DNA from: Tetramitus jugosus
Lineage: Eukaryota; Protista; Heterolobosea
Reading direction: 5' to 3'
Assembly (NCBI GenBank): GCA_937625935.1
Contig: OW569351.1
Span: 186,001-250,000, forward strand
Length of the DNA stretch: 64,000 nt
Shown: piece by piece, positions 22,625 to 34,700 of the stretch
Position numbering within the stretch: the stretch's first letter is position 1
How the letters are laid out: each line of letters starts with the position of its first letter
Translations under genes and position numbers: made by a program
The notes under the pieces: generated by a model
Databases searched by the model: none
What the model was told of the DNA's origin: nothing
Seen by the model: only the letters and a program-made list of their open reading frames with translations

Positions 22625-23980
22625 TTACTGCTCTATTCCCTTGCAACGTTGCAACAGGATTGAAAGTTCTTCCTGGAAACCTTTTTCGAGATTATCCAAA
22701 TTCTTCATTAATTGCCTTGCTGTAGCAGCAATGTCATCGTACGAAGGCTCCTCCAATGTTGACTCAGCACCTATCTCTAGTTTGTGTCGTCGTTGGTATT
22801 GTACTAGCAGCTTTTGCATCATTTGGAATGCACCTGTCGCATGCGTTGCATCTACTGTTTTCGGAGACTTCAAAGTATTTTTGTCAATCAAGTTTTGTAG
22901 TTTGCCAGTTTGGAATGCGTCTTGCAATATTGTTCCATGTTGGATGAATTTGCTAGGATATTCACCCTCAACCTTTGACAGGTGTTTGTCCCATTCTGAA
23001 TAAAGTGATTTAATGCTTCTTCCAAGCAGAATCGATAGATATTGTTTCAGAAGTGCGACATTCATTTTTCCAGATGGAACATCCTCCGTATCAGCATCAT
23101 CCATCATTCGCAGCGAAGTGAAGGACATTGGATCAAGCTTCTGAGCTATTGTTACATATTTTGAAACAAATTTTGTTTCCGAGTCTCTCCATTTGGTTTT
23201 CTTGAGCGATGACATGTGATGATCAAACAGCTTCAGATCATTCTTCAACTCGTTTCTTGTTTCTCGATCTGTTGTGATCCGATCAATGAGTCGCAACATG
23301 AAACGAGAGTGGTGAGCATGCTCTTGTGCTACAACTACACTTTCATGACGTTCATGCTTATCATTGCTTGCAGTAGTGGTATTGCTAGTATTATTACTGT
23401 TGGCGGTAGTATTGTCTGAAAAATCGTCATCATCTCCATCCGTCTCCATTGAATCATTGACCAAACAGTTACTCTCATTGTTGCTACGAGTAGTAGTATT
23501 GTTGTTTTTGTGCTTGTCGGTAGCCGTTGTGTCATTGATCATTGCGGCAGTCGCAGCAGTCGTAGCAGCAGTCGTAGTAGTAGGAACATGTGCAATCTCA
23601 ATCGTAGTTGGTAATGTAGGTGGAGGTGGGGCACTACCACCACCATTCTTGTTATTGCTATCGTTGTTCAATTTATGTCTCATCATCATCATCTCATCAT
23701 CAATGTCCATCAACAGCAGTTGATGATTGGAACCTGGTTCACTCTCATTTTCAAGCTCAAACAAAATGTCGTCACTATCATTCTCATCATCATCACCATC
23801 ATCCTCAGCATCACCAATATCATTGTGCTCGTCTTCATCAGCAGTGCTGCTATCATTCAGAGATAAATTGATTTTTTGGATAGAGAAATAGGTTTGATCC
23901 TGCTTGGCTAAACGTTGAGGCGAGATCACACTGTCGCTATCATCGCTGCTGTACTCACCATCACTCGACTTTAACTTCAT
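22625..23980 (-). CDS. Hypothetical protein with acidic/low-complexity N-half and helical C-terminal domain (probable true start MKLKSSDG at 23980)
   Basis: Long open frame. ATG 23980 is preceded by an A/C-rich leader-like stretch. No family recognised. Confidence 0.6.
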   Translation of the reverse strand: MKLKSSDGEYSSDDSDSVISPQRLAKQDQTYFSIQKINLSLNDSSTADEDEHNDIGDAEDDGDDDENDSDDILFELENESEPGSNHQLLLMDIDDEMMMMRHKLNNDSNNKNGGGSAPPPPTLPTTIEIAHVPTTTTAATTAATAAMINDTTATDKHKNNNTTTRSNNESNCLVNDSMETDGDDDDFSDNTTANSNNTSNTTTASNDKHERHESVVVAQEHAHHSRFMLRLIDRITTDRETRNELKNDLKLFDHHMSSLKKTKWRDSETKFVSKYVTIAQKLDPMSFTSLRMMDDADTEDVPSGKMNVALLKQYLSILLGRSIKSLYSEWDKHLSKVEGEYPSKFIQHGTILQDAFQTGKLQNLIDKNTLKSPKTVDATHATGAFQMMQKLLVQYQRRHKLEIGAESTLEEPSYDDIAATARQLMKNLDNLEKGFQEELSILLQRCKGIEQ

Positions 23981-24070
23981 GTTCGCTTGTTTTGTTGTTG
24001 CTTCGTTTTTTTTTGAGACGGAAATCTTGTGGTGTTGTTTTAATTTGTAAATTAAACAGCCATATCCATC

Positions 24071-24583
24071 ATGTGGATTGTATCCAATTAATTCAAAGTC
24101 CTCAAACTTGAAGTCATCAATATAGGTAACCTCTCTATTGATTCTGAGTGTTGGGAATGGTTTAGGTTCCCTCTTTACTTGTTCTTTCAATGCATTCTTG
24201 TGATTGTTGTAGATGTGTGTATCACCTAGTGAATGAATGAACTCACCGGGTCTCAATCCACAGACATGAGCTATCATAATGGTTAGTGGTGCATAACTAG
24301 CAATGTTAAATGGGACCCCTAACCCAACGTCACAAGAACGCTGATACATCTGACATGACAACTCACCATTAGCTACATAAAACTGGCAAAACATATGACA
24401 AGGAGGCAATGAGACCAGATTTAAGTCTGAAGGATTCCATGCAGTCATCACAATTCTATGATCCTCTGGTTTGTTCTTAATCTTTTCAATACAATCCATC
24501 AATTGATCAAATCCCTGTCCATTATAGTTACATTCATAATCAATATATTTTGCACCCCAATGTCTCCATTGAAAGCCATATAC
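24071..24583 (-). pseudogene. Thymidylate synthase C-terminal half (fragment)
   Basis: [48 protein letters not shown]. An in-frame TAG (acceptor-like ...aataatatag) lies just before it. N-half and the C-terminal MAV tail are missing. Substitutions EDHR and ASYAP. Confidence 0.8.
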
Positions 24584-24656
24584 CTATATTATTGTCAATT
24601 CAGGTGTTGAAGGCTAGCGTGGTAAAAAGGAAGTAAGGCAGTGGCTGAATGTTTGT

Positions 24657-25080
24657 CTACTGCAGGTTGAACTCATCATGTAAATCTCGATAAATAATCG
24701 GAAGATCTTCCATATCAGCGTTCTCTTCTAATTGATTATGAATATCATCGACAGCTCGTAATTCAATCCTTTCACTCAGGTTACGTGTATCATGTATCAT
24801 CTCCGTTAGCATGTTGAGTCTGTCTTTTAGTACTTTAATATCGTACAAGAGCTCATTAGAATGGGAGGTCTTCTGTTGTACATCTCCTATACTGATGAAA
24901 TTTCTTGTTTCAACCGGTAGCTTTTCCATCATCCACCCAAATCAAATACTGTTCAACGCTCGGGGGTCATAGTTCATTGAAAAGAAGTCTTTTTGAGTAT
25001 CGTTTAAACGGCCTTCAATGAATTGTAAACTGTTAAATTTTTCAATAATTTCTGCCAACCGACAAACAAAGAACGGACAC
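24657..25080 (-). pseudogene. Degenerate ORF fragment with an in-frame TGA (…PRALNSI*FGWMMEKLPV…)
   Basis: The frame of ORF 24657-24932 continues upstream through a single TGA for about 45 more codons. Confidence 0.4.
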
Positions 25081-25090
25081 CACCCCACAG

Positions 25091-25576
25091 ATGCAGTACG
25101 AACCAAACAATAGCACACCACCTAATACGAATTATGGACCAAACAACAACATGCCACCCAATATGAATTATGTACCAAACCATACACCCCATAACACACC
25201 ACCTAATATGAATTACGGACCAAACAACCCTTACCCATTCACTTTCGTTCAATTCGTTCAAATACCTTTGGATTATTTCCATGAAATAACACAAACAAAA
25301 AAGGAAAACAAAGAGAACATGAACAAATTAGAGCAAAAATTAGAGCAGAAGGTAGAGAAATAAGAGGAAAAGGTGGACTTATTGAATGCTGAACTATCTG
25401 AAAATCGAACGAAACTTGTTGGGGTGTCCATTGAATTAGCAACCATGAAACCAGTGTTTAAATGTTTGAAAGACCAATTAATACTTGGTCAAGATACTAG
25501 AGCGTGTTGTAAATTTGTAACGGAGAAACACGTGTTGACATGTAGTATCGACCAGTTGTCACACACTTCCAGATGA
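25091..25576 (+). pseudogene. Degenerate gene with PPNMNYGPNN-type repeats and a coiled coil, broken by an in-frame TAA
   Basis: ORFs 25091-25363 and 25373-25576 share one frame. KLEQKLEQKVEK*EEKVDLL suggests a TTA>TAA change. Confidence 0.5.
25100..25232 (+). repeat. Imperfect 36-bp-scale tandem repeat (ccacctaatatgaattatggaccaaacaac variants), about 3 copies
   Basis: ccacctaatacgaattatggaccaaac, ccacccaatatgaattatgtaccaaac and ccacctaatatgaattacggaccaaac seen directly. Confidence 0.75.
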
Positions 25577-25684
25577 CAAAGATGTAGTTGTAGAGGATCA
25601 ATGCAGGATAAGATTTATTGATTTATTCATGGACAGTGTTGCTTACTCACCCCACGACAATAGCATTAGCACAACTACTACGTG

Positions 25685-26497
25685 TTATTCGAGTGCGATG
25701 TTATGAATTTCCTCTGCCAATGACTCGAATTCACTCGCATTCACGACATCTCGCAGATCCTGTAATATTTTCTCGTCAAGATCATTACTATTCAAGAGGT
25801 CACGAACCTTGTTAAACGAACTGGCGAGTCTGATGTTTTGAGTCTTCAACGTTGTGATGGTCTCTCCGACGCAGTAATGGAAAATACGAATAAGTCTTTC
25901 TGACGCTTTACCTGAAAGAATACCATTTCGCTTCAAATCTTCACTGTGGTTATCATACTTGAAACTTAAGTTTCTGGTATCATTACCACCAATTTCACGC
26001 CCTTTGCAACACCTGAGAGCTGCTGTAATACTTTTAATCTCTAATTCTTCAAACTCAGACGTACTACTGTCAGTGAACAATTTAATCACATTGCCATTCA
26101 ACACCCCGACTGTTTCATTGCCGAGTAAAACATACACTCGTAGGAACAAAGGCGAACTCGTTACCTATAGTAACAAAAGGACCTGGATGAGTACAATATT
26201 CAACAACAAGATTCTCTATCAATTGACTATTGTCCAGTGTAGGTCTCAACGTTTCTTGATCAATCCAGCAGCGCAGTACTGAAGGTACTTCAACTCTTTC
26301 CCCAAAGTAATTCATAAAGCGACTAGGACTTCTCGGTTGCACGTACAATTTTCTATAAACAACGTACTTGGAGTTATACCCTCGTCATTAACTTGTTCTC
26401 TAACTGCTTTCAATAAGAGGGTCTTCAGAACGTTTACGTTTTGAATGATACGAAAGGAAGAGTTGAACTCAACAGTATGGGACAAAACATGGTCCAT
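25685..26497 (-). pseudogene. Frameshifted gene remnant (three overlapping same-strand ORFs)
   Basis: ORFs 26312-26497, 26115-26348 and 25685-26149 overlap end to start in different frames. Confidence 0.45.
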
Positions 26498-26625
26498 GTG
26501 AGCTCACATTATTTTGAACTCTACACTTGTGTTCATTTGTTTCCTTTTTTTTAACTTTTTGTAACAAAACCACAGTTGAACGTTGTACAAACTACAGTTT
26601 TATGGTGAAGATGCTTTCATGAAGA

Positions 26626-28545
26626 CTACGTTTGATCAGTGGTAATTCCTTGTTCCTCGCTACTATTGTTCTTCTCCTGTTTGACATTGGCCGAAGAGGA
26701 CTCTGTGAATGCAGTGGTTGGCGTTGTTTCTTTTGTGGTTGCTTCAAGAGGTGGTGAGGGTGGAGAGAGTGTCAGTGTTGATGACAACTCCTGTTGCTTG
26801 TTGAGCAAGGGTGTCTCTCCTTCTGTTGGTGTTGCTGCACCATCGACGACTACCACGACTGCATCTTGTTCTTGCTGTTGTTGAGGAGACTGAGCACGCA
26901 ACAGTTGTTGCTCTGGTTCATCGAATCCCAATCGAGACAAAATCTCATTGTCATCATGGATTTCAAACGGAGCACTAAAATTGAAGAAGACTTCAGTCAT
27001 TGGTGTGTCCATCTCACACTCAATATTGGTCTCATTGTCCGTATGAACAATAATGAATGGCAGACTGACTCTAGGACTCGTATCACTCAAGAATTGTGTC
27101 GAAGTGTTGCGACTGTAGAGATGAGCCAGTGATCTTTGCTGCTTAATGAGCTCTGTCAACTGCCGTCCCTTCATTTGCAAATTCTCTAGTCTCTGTTTCT
27201 TAATGTCCATCAGATTGGTCACCTCTTGTTGATAGTCAATGGGCAAACCTTGCCACTTGATATCCTTCTTGTCCTTGGTAATGATACCGACTGCCATCAG
27301 TACATTCAACGCATCATACACTCTTCTTCTAATATTCTTCTCATCGTGTGGCTTCTCACTCGGTGGATTCTGTTCCATAAACTCCTTGACAAGTTCATTG
27401 GCCACTTCATTGTACGTTGTTGTTCCCTTCTTTTGCACTTGTTCACACACTTTCATACTGAACAATCGAAGTCCCTTGCCGCTTCTCGATCCAGCACCAG
27501 AAGAAGCACTACTACTACTGCCCATGGATGGTGAAGAAGATAACAAAGATTCTCTCGTTGTTGCTGCTGCTGATGTTGCTGATTTGGTATTTGGTGTTTT
27601 TTTGGCCTTCTTGGCTGAAGAACCAGGTGTTGTAGAGACGTCTTTTGATGATCGTTTCTTTGTTTTTGTTTTGCCTGTAGTTGTTGTTGAAGATGTGGGT
27701 GAGGATGATGACTGCTGTTGTTGCTGTTGTTGTTGTTGTAGTTGCTGCTGAAGTTGTTGTTGTTGAATTACAGTGATGGGTGCCCCTACAATCTGAGCAC
27801 CATTCGGTAGCATAGGGAACGATGGGTAGAGCCACATGGTTGGTGGTGCACCTCTCTGGTCTGATCCGTCCTGTTTGATCAAATCAACACCATTCTTCTC
27901 ATCCACAATTTGTAGATGCTGTTGTTGATCCTTTGAACCGGATAGAGCCACAGCCATGGCTCCAGTGGCGACAGTGTTTGTGGATGGTGATGTTGAAGTG
28001 CCTGTTGGTGATGCTACACCTGTAGCTGTTGTTGTTGCTGTTGTTGTTGGTAGTTGAAACATGGGGAAATAGACTGGATTGATGATGGTGGGAGTTGATG
28101 TTGCTGCTGCTGAAGTGTTGTTTGAGGAACTGTTGCTATTGTTGTTGTTATTGGTATTTGTTGTTGTTGGTGGAGGATACCAATGTAGATAGTACTGTGG
28201 CGCGCCATTGTTGGATGCTGCAGTAACACCTGCAATGTTATTCGCTGTTGTTATTGCTGATGGTGCGCTTGTTGGTGATCCTACAGAGTGATGTGCTGGT
28301 AGTGCAAATATAGCTCCATTCATACCTGGCATAGTCATTGTATTCATCATGATGGGAGTGTTGGGGGATGTTGGATTGGTGGTAGTAGTGATTGTGATAT
28401 CAGAAGGTTGTGCATTCGTTGTTGGAGTCTCTGCTGCTGTTGATGATGATACAACAACTACATTGCCACTTCCCAGATTAATGTGATTGGTGTCTTGAGA
28501 AGACAATGGAGAATCATCATTTGATTTGTTGTTGTTATTCGTCAT
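26626..28545 (-). CDS. TFDP: E2F dimerisation partner (DP) transcription factor
   Basis: GKGLRLFSMKVCEQVQKKGTTTYNEVANELV, DEF box DEKNIRRRVYDALNVLMA, marked-box LPFIIV/FEIHDD. Confidence 0.96.
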   Translation of the reverse strand: MTNNNNKSNDDSPLSSQDTNHINLGSGNVVVVSSSTAAETPTTNAQPSDITITTTTNPTSPNTPIMMNTMTMPGMNGAIFALPAHHSVGSPTSAPSAITTANNIAGVTAASNNGAPQYYLHWYPPPTTTNTNNNNNSNSSSNNTSAAATSTPTIINPVYFPMFQLPTTTATTTATGVASPTGTSTSPSTNTVATGAMAVALSGSKDQQQHLQIVDEKNGVDLIKQDGSDQRGAPPTMWLYPSFPMLPNGAQIVGAPITVIQQQQLQQQLQQQQQQQQQSSSSPTSSTTTTGKTKTKKRSSKDVSTTPGSSAKKAKKTPNTKSATSAAATTRESLLSSSPSMGSSSSASSGAGSRSGKGLRLFSMKVCEQVQKKGTTTYNEVANELVKEFMEQNPPSEKPHDEKNIRRRVYDALNVLMAVGIITKDKKDIKWQGLPIDYQQEVTNLMDIKKQRLENLQMKGRQLTELIKQQRSLAHLYSRNTSTQFLSDTSPRVSLPFIIVHTDNETNIECEMDTPMTEVFFNFSAPFEIHDDNEILSRLGFDEPEQQLLRAQSPQQQQEQDAVVVVVDGAATPTEGETPLLNKQQELSSTLTLSPPSPPLEATTKETTPTTAFTESSSANVKQEKNNSSEEQGITTDQT

Positions 28546-29012
28546 TATGGTTTTGTTGTGGTGGAATGTATGTGAACTTGATGATGATGGTTTCTTGGTT
28601 GGAGGCCAATATTGTATTGATTGTGGTGGGAAGATAATGATTTTCTGTCGGAGAAATTATGTGTGATTGCTCGTGTTTGTTTTTGGTGTGGAGGAGAGGT
28701 AGGAAGGGTGGGGTAATTTTTTTGTGTCGTCTGTATGTACCTCACTCCAAATTGTTGTCTCTCTGCGAAATGTTGCTATTCAATGATCGCTGGTTGTTGG
28801 GACGAGTTTTTTTATCGTATTCCAATTTGTGGTGGGAAAAAAATGTGCGTGACTTTTTGTGGCGCCGAAATTTCGGTTACAACATTTTTCTCTTTTGGAT
28901 TTTATTGAAGCCTCAATTTCAGCATAACTGGTTGCAATACAATGGAGGTTGGGTCGATTGTTGTGAACTGATCAGGGCTTGCATACAGAATAACTTGAGA
29001 TACCTATAGAAA

Positions 29013-29484
29013 TCAGCGACCATCATCTTCATCATTAAATTTCAAACCTTTTCAGCATTAGTGTGGGTTTGTTATCGAAACACAAAAATACATGCATGCA
29101 TGTGTGCACACACATATCAAAAAAATCAAAGATGAGTTGTTGTGAATATACACACAAATCACAAAAGACACAATACCGATCATCATCATCATCAGCTTTA
29201 ATAAGTAGTAAATTACCTGTCGTTATAGTGGTGGTATTGATTGCAGAAATGGAGAGAATCAATTGATTATTGTTGTTGTTTAATGCTGCTCTCATGTTGT
29301 TGGTCATGTTGTTGTGAGTGGTGTTGGTGGTGCATGCAGATGAAAATGAAGAAGAAGAAGAAGCGGCACTTGTGGTGGCAAAGAATCGAGTGGTGGCGGA
29401 TGATTGGGGAGAAGCAGAGATGCGATTGATGGAGGAGGAGACAATGGAGCGTCGAGCAAAATTGGTACAACTTCTGAGAAACAT
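29013..29484 (-). CDS. About 100-aa mitochondrial-presequence-like microprotein with acidic tail; intron 29048-29216 (alternative donor 29176)
   Basis: MFLRSCTNFARRSIVSSSINRISA... is R/S-rich with no acidic residues. Donor ACAG|GTAATT joined to acceptor ctaatgctgaaaag gives TTGLKFNDEDDGR*. Confidence 0.55.
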
Positions 29485-29640
29485 GATTATGATTATTATT
29501 GGTATTATAACGAGAGGATAATTGTTTTTTGTGTTTGAAGTTTTTTTGAGAGTTAAAGGGCGGTCTTTCACACCTGTCGCAGAAATCTCTTTGTTTCTCC
29601 ACTCACTCAGTTCAAAAAAACAACAATTCAAATAACAATC

Positions 29641-30185
29641 ATGAACGTGCCTGCATCCGTGACTTACAAGAGAATATTGCACCTATTAGCTCCAACAAAG
29701 AAAACCGCCAGGAGTCAAACTGCATTGAAACATGTCAAATCATCATTCAGACAATCTCGTCAATTGCCATCTGATCAACAATTGAAACAATTGCAGATTG
29801 CTCAAGTGTACAGTGATTATTTGAAGGATTTGAAAGAATATACTGCATGTATTATTATTATTACTATTATTTTTGTTATTACTGTTATGACTATTGCCAC
29901 CTGTGTCATATCATCAATGAATGACTGAATGAAGGACTGATTGACTGACTGACAAGAATTTTCATTTCGCTATGTTTCTGATGATGATGATGATGATCTA
30001 TTGACGAATATAATAATCAATCGAATGTACATATTGGATATGATGGATATTAATAATCACAACAATAACAACAGGATTTAATATTTGCGTACAATATTGG
30101 TCGAACAGAGAAGACACAGAGACAAATTTTGGAGTCAACCGCAGCAACCACTGGTCTAAGATTAACAGAAGAAAGAATGGAGTAA
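29641..30185 (+). CDS. FMC1-like (LYR-related) ATP synthase assembly factor, 104 aa, GC-AG intron 29845-30074
   Basis: VTYKRILHLL...SFR...YSDYLKDLKEYT|DLIFAYNIG...LESTAATTGLRL resembles the FMC1 pattern (YL..Q.EY..L..RYN.G...ARRVGL.LP). Confidence 0.65.
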
Positions 30186-30290
30186 TAAACGAACAATCTT
30201 TGTTTTCATATGTATTTGTTCTTGTTATTGTTACACTTTGGTGTGAGATTAAATAACACGCCCTCAACCCAACAACAGATCAAGCTCTAA

Positions 30291-31579
30291 TTAGTTGTTC
30301 TTGTTGTTTTGTGATACTTGAACAACATTGTACAAATCGAGTCTCCTGTTCTTGATGGATGGTATTTGATCTCTAATCTCCTGACATTGATCAATTTGAA
30401 CATTAGCAATGGCAACACCTGGCTTCTCATCCATCTCAACTAGTTTATCACCCCATGGAGTGCACAGCATCGAGTGACCATATGCCACATAATCTGCACT
30501 CGTGTCTCTCGCAGGTGACACCACACAGACAAACAATTGATTGTCCACTGCTCTCGATCGACACAATAGTTCCCAGTGAGCTGGACCTGTTGTCATATTG
30601 AACGCACCTGGATAGACCAACAGTTCACAGCCTTGTCTCTGATAGAGCTGAGCCATCTCTGGGAATCGAATATCAAAACAGATTCCAAGTCCAACCTTGA
30701 CTGTTCTCGTTGATTGACTATCATCATCATTGCTGCTGCTGCTGCTGCGAATAGTCATGTCAAATGTAGTCAACTCATTTCCAGCAGTCAACACTGCAGA
30801 CTCTTGAAAAACAATCTTGTTGGGCACATTGATATCAAATAGGTGAACCTTGTTGTGAACAGCAATCTGATTGCCTTGATTGTCAAACACGACACTTGTA
30901 TTGTAAAACTTTTCTTTCTGTTTGGGAGAAGTCGTAGGAATGGATCCTGCAATAATATACACACCGAGCTCCTTGGCCATTTGTGAAATGTGCTTCAATG
31001 TTTGACTCGATTCCAAATTTTCAGCATAATCCGCAAAGTACTTGTTTCCATATGGGCAATTGAAGCTATTGGTAAAAAGGAGCCATGGCCATTGATGGAT
31101 GGATGGATGGATGATTGATTCAGTTGAGAACAAAATGGAAACAAACATGTCTGTCATAGTACCGTATATATCATACATATAGAATCATCAATCAATACAG
31201 ACCACTCTGGTAACACAATCAATTGAGCACCTTGCGCAGCAGATTGTCGAATCGCACTTGTTGCATTCTCAATATTCAATTGCTTGTCATGAGTCACGTT
31301 CAATTGACACATGGATAACTTGAAAAAGTGTTGTTGTTGTTGTTGTTGTTGTTGTTGACTCATTGCAAATGTTGTTGTTGTCGTGTGATGATAGTGATGA
31401 TCGTGATTATGAAACAACAATGATGGATGACAATGGTTGAATAGAGTTTTGGATGATCGGTTGTTGATGGCGCTTCGTACTACAATTGATGGAGGAGATC
31501 CGGACAATAATAAGAATGGATTTCTTGCTGCTGTTATTGTTGTTGTTTGGTGGCGGATCACACGAGACAGAAGGGCCAT
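30291..31579 (-). CDS. NIT2: Omega-amidase NIT2 with N-terminal presequence, intron 31066-31202
   Basis: Splice restores LPECFNCPYG (Glu). HNKVHLFDI (Lys), GICFDIRFPE (Cys), YPGAFNMTTGPAHW, RAVDNQ. Confidence 0.93.
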
Positions 31580-31720
31580 CGAAGTTGTTGTTTTTTTTTT
31601 CTGATTTTCAATTCTCCGCTGCTGTTTTGTTGTTGACAGGCACGAAGAAAAAACAATCAAACAGCAGCAGCAGAAGACAACACACGGAACAACACACACA
31701 CACATTCAATCGTGACAACA

Positions 31721-34700
31721 ATGAGTGCAATTGATGTAATTGGCCAAGAAAAGGGTCTATCTGTTCCAGTGTACATTCGTGTGGCCCTCTGCCCCGTTGG
31801 CAGCATCAACGCATCCACTTTTAAAAAATATGCTTCACTCATTGTTCAAAAGTGCGAACAGATTCCATTGAATCGATTGACTCGATTCAAAGACGACAAC
31901 AAGAAATCACCTTTTCAGAGAATGGACTGGGAAAAGAGTGTCATGCGATTCTATTTTGTTGATGGCACCAACTTTTCTACTCAATTCACAGAAGTTCACC
32001 AGCACAAGAAGGTTCATGCCGTGATTGGAATCATGTCCTGTCTGTCGGAGAATAATGTCTCTCATGGATATGAAAAGTATTTGAATATGAAGAAGCAGTT
32101 TGGTAGTACGGTGCAAATTGGAAAGTGTTTTGCTGTTGAACAGGATTATAATAATAATAATAATAGTAATAATAATAGTGGTAGCAATACTAACAACAGT
32201 AATAGTAGTAGTAGTAGTAATGCAATGATGATGGATTCTGCAAAGGATCTTGTGATGATACCGAGTCAAGATTTGCAACATTTGGAGTTTTATATCGTTT
32301 CCATGTTTATTGATATGGCAGCAGAGTTGATGAGAACGTTCGAAGCATATGCCAGTCATCCCAAACATCTCATATCACTGGCATTGACACATGAAGAGCA
32401 ACAACAGCAGCAGCAGCAACAGAGAAAACTATCACTCATGTCTGATACGACCATCAAGAAACGAAACGAAGTGAAATCATTGAAAATATTTGCTGATTAT
32501 GCAATGTTGTCAGGAGATTACTTGGATGCCATCACAACGTATGTTTTTTTGATCCATCTCTCTCTTGACTCGTTGTTATTATTTTGTCGAATGTTGTTTG
32601 CATTGATGCGACTGTCTCTTCTTATTCACCATTATTATGTTTTTTGTCTATGTCGTGTTTCTTTATTTATTGCATGAAAAATGAATGATATAACACCAAT
32701 TTAGCTATCAACAAGCGGCAGAGATGGCTAGAACATTTGTGAACGAAGATCCTGTAACCTATGCCAGTTGTCTCGAAGGATTGGCATCTGTTCTTTATTG
32801 GAAGTATTGTCTAGTTGTTGGATCGCCAAACAATCTAACACCTCCAATGATTGAAGATGTGTCACTCAAGTGTGAAGAGGCCATACAGTGGTATAGCAAA
32901 AGTGCAGCCAAGGAGTTGCATGTTGAAGCTCTACTGCGATATGCACGATTCAATGCCAATGGTGGATCCTCTCAAAAAATGAATGCATTGGAGTGTATTA
33001 CGAGAGCAGTTGAATTCTCCACCTATTTAACGACACAGGAACGAATTTTGGTGTGTGGCTATGCTGCACAAATTTGTCACTCGCTAGGATTTAAACGAAA
33101 ATTTGCATTCTTTTTGAGAGAGACTGCCATGTTGCATGGCCTGTTGCACAATCAGAGTGTTTCGATGCGTTTGGGATCTTTGTGTCTCGATTCTTTCAAT
33201 GTACCTCTTTTGTTGAACGATTCCGAATGGTTGCACACGAAGGCTCAGAAGAAGGACGCGACGAGAGGCTGGCAGCGGTTGCAATTGAAGCTCCTGAGAG
33301 ATGTGATCTCTTTTGCGGCATCTATGAGCCCTGCTGATTATTTAACAGAGGCCCAGTTGACCCTCTATTTATTGTGTGCCTATCATGATGTTTTGAAGTG
33401 GGCTGAACAAGCAGAGTTGTTTGAGCGATTTTGTGAGTTATCTCGAAGAATATCTCAGAATTCAGCCAATATTTCATTGCTGCCACTGCCTCTCCTGGGA
33501 TATGTGGAACCCTTGAAAATGCCTGCTCACTTGGAACCGATTGCTCACAAGGAAGAAGATGAGAACAAAAACTCCATCTTTATTTTCTCTCCGTTCGATA
33601 GGGACAATAGTACTGTGATGAAGATTAACTGGGTTCAGAATGAGCTTTCCAAAGTTAATGTCACACTGCGGAATCCGTTCCTGTTCGAAGTCATTTTGAA
33701 GCGCGTCAGTCTAAAGATTAAATTGGAGCATGGTGATTGTGAGGTGTATGAGACATCGGCGATAATCAAACCAGGAAAGGAGCAGACTGTGGAGATCACT
33801 ATTAAGCCATTGGGATATGGTCGACTCCAGATTGAAGCCATCGAAATTGACTTTGACAAGTGTAATTTGAAAGATCCTCTCACTATTCCTGTTCCATCAC
33901 TGAAGAAGGGAGAGAAGGATATTGAAATCACAGTCCTAGAGAAGATACCATTGTTAAATGTCCATGTACCTTCATCAGTGATTGCATTATTCGATGGAGA
34001 GAGCCTATCAACTACACTGTCATTCCAGAATATCAGCTCAAACGCCATTCATTTGATCACTACATCCATAGAGAGTAAACTGCGAAGTAAGCTGAGGATT
34101 GACAATTCTCGATTGCATCAGAGTATGCCTTTGAATTCAAACGGACAAACGATCAGTACTGACCTCTATATTGATGGAAGGTGGGGCAGTGGTGCAAATT
34201 CTGTTACTCTGAAAGTGAAGTACTTTGGTGTATCGAAGGCATGGTATCGAGAGATAGCCATTCCTCTTCAACTCAATATTCGCCGAGGTTTAGTGTTGTT
34301 GAGCTGCCTCTCTGTGAATGAACAATATGGAAGAGAAATTGTTGCAGAAATTGAAAATCAATCTGCCTATCCATTTGTATTACTATCAAACAATGAAGAG
34401 GATGTGAAACAAAAACTTTTACAAGAGAAGAGCATCGTAGAGAGACATAACAATGTCGATTGGAAACAATTTGTTCAGGGTATTCCTATGGCTCCTGGTT
34501 CTCGGAAGATGATTGTTGTCGGTTCTCATATTTTGCATGAAAAAGCAGGAACTGAGCCGGATCACCCCATAGAAGCATTCCACATACCGTACAGCGCAAA
34601 CATTGATGAATACAAGGAAGAGATTGCAAGTCGATTGCGTTGGAAATCATTCATGAACACATATGGTGTTGTGGGTTTCGTGCAGCCCGAAGCGGCTCCA

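Noticed and set aside
22625-24502. Functional 625-aa thymidylate synthase
   Set aside because: Lacks the TS N-terminal half and the conserved C-terminal tail, and conserved residues are substituted.
24940-24946. In-frame TGA as a selenocysteine codon (tempting given SelD)
   Set aside because: No redox-motif context and no SECIS-like AUGA...GA stem seen downstream. Neighbouring ORFs are also broken, by TAA and frameshifts.
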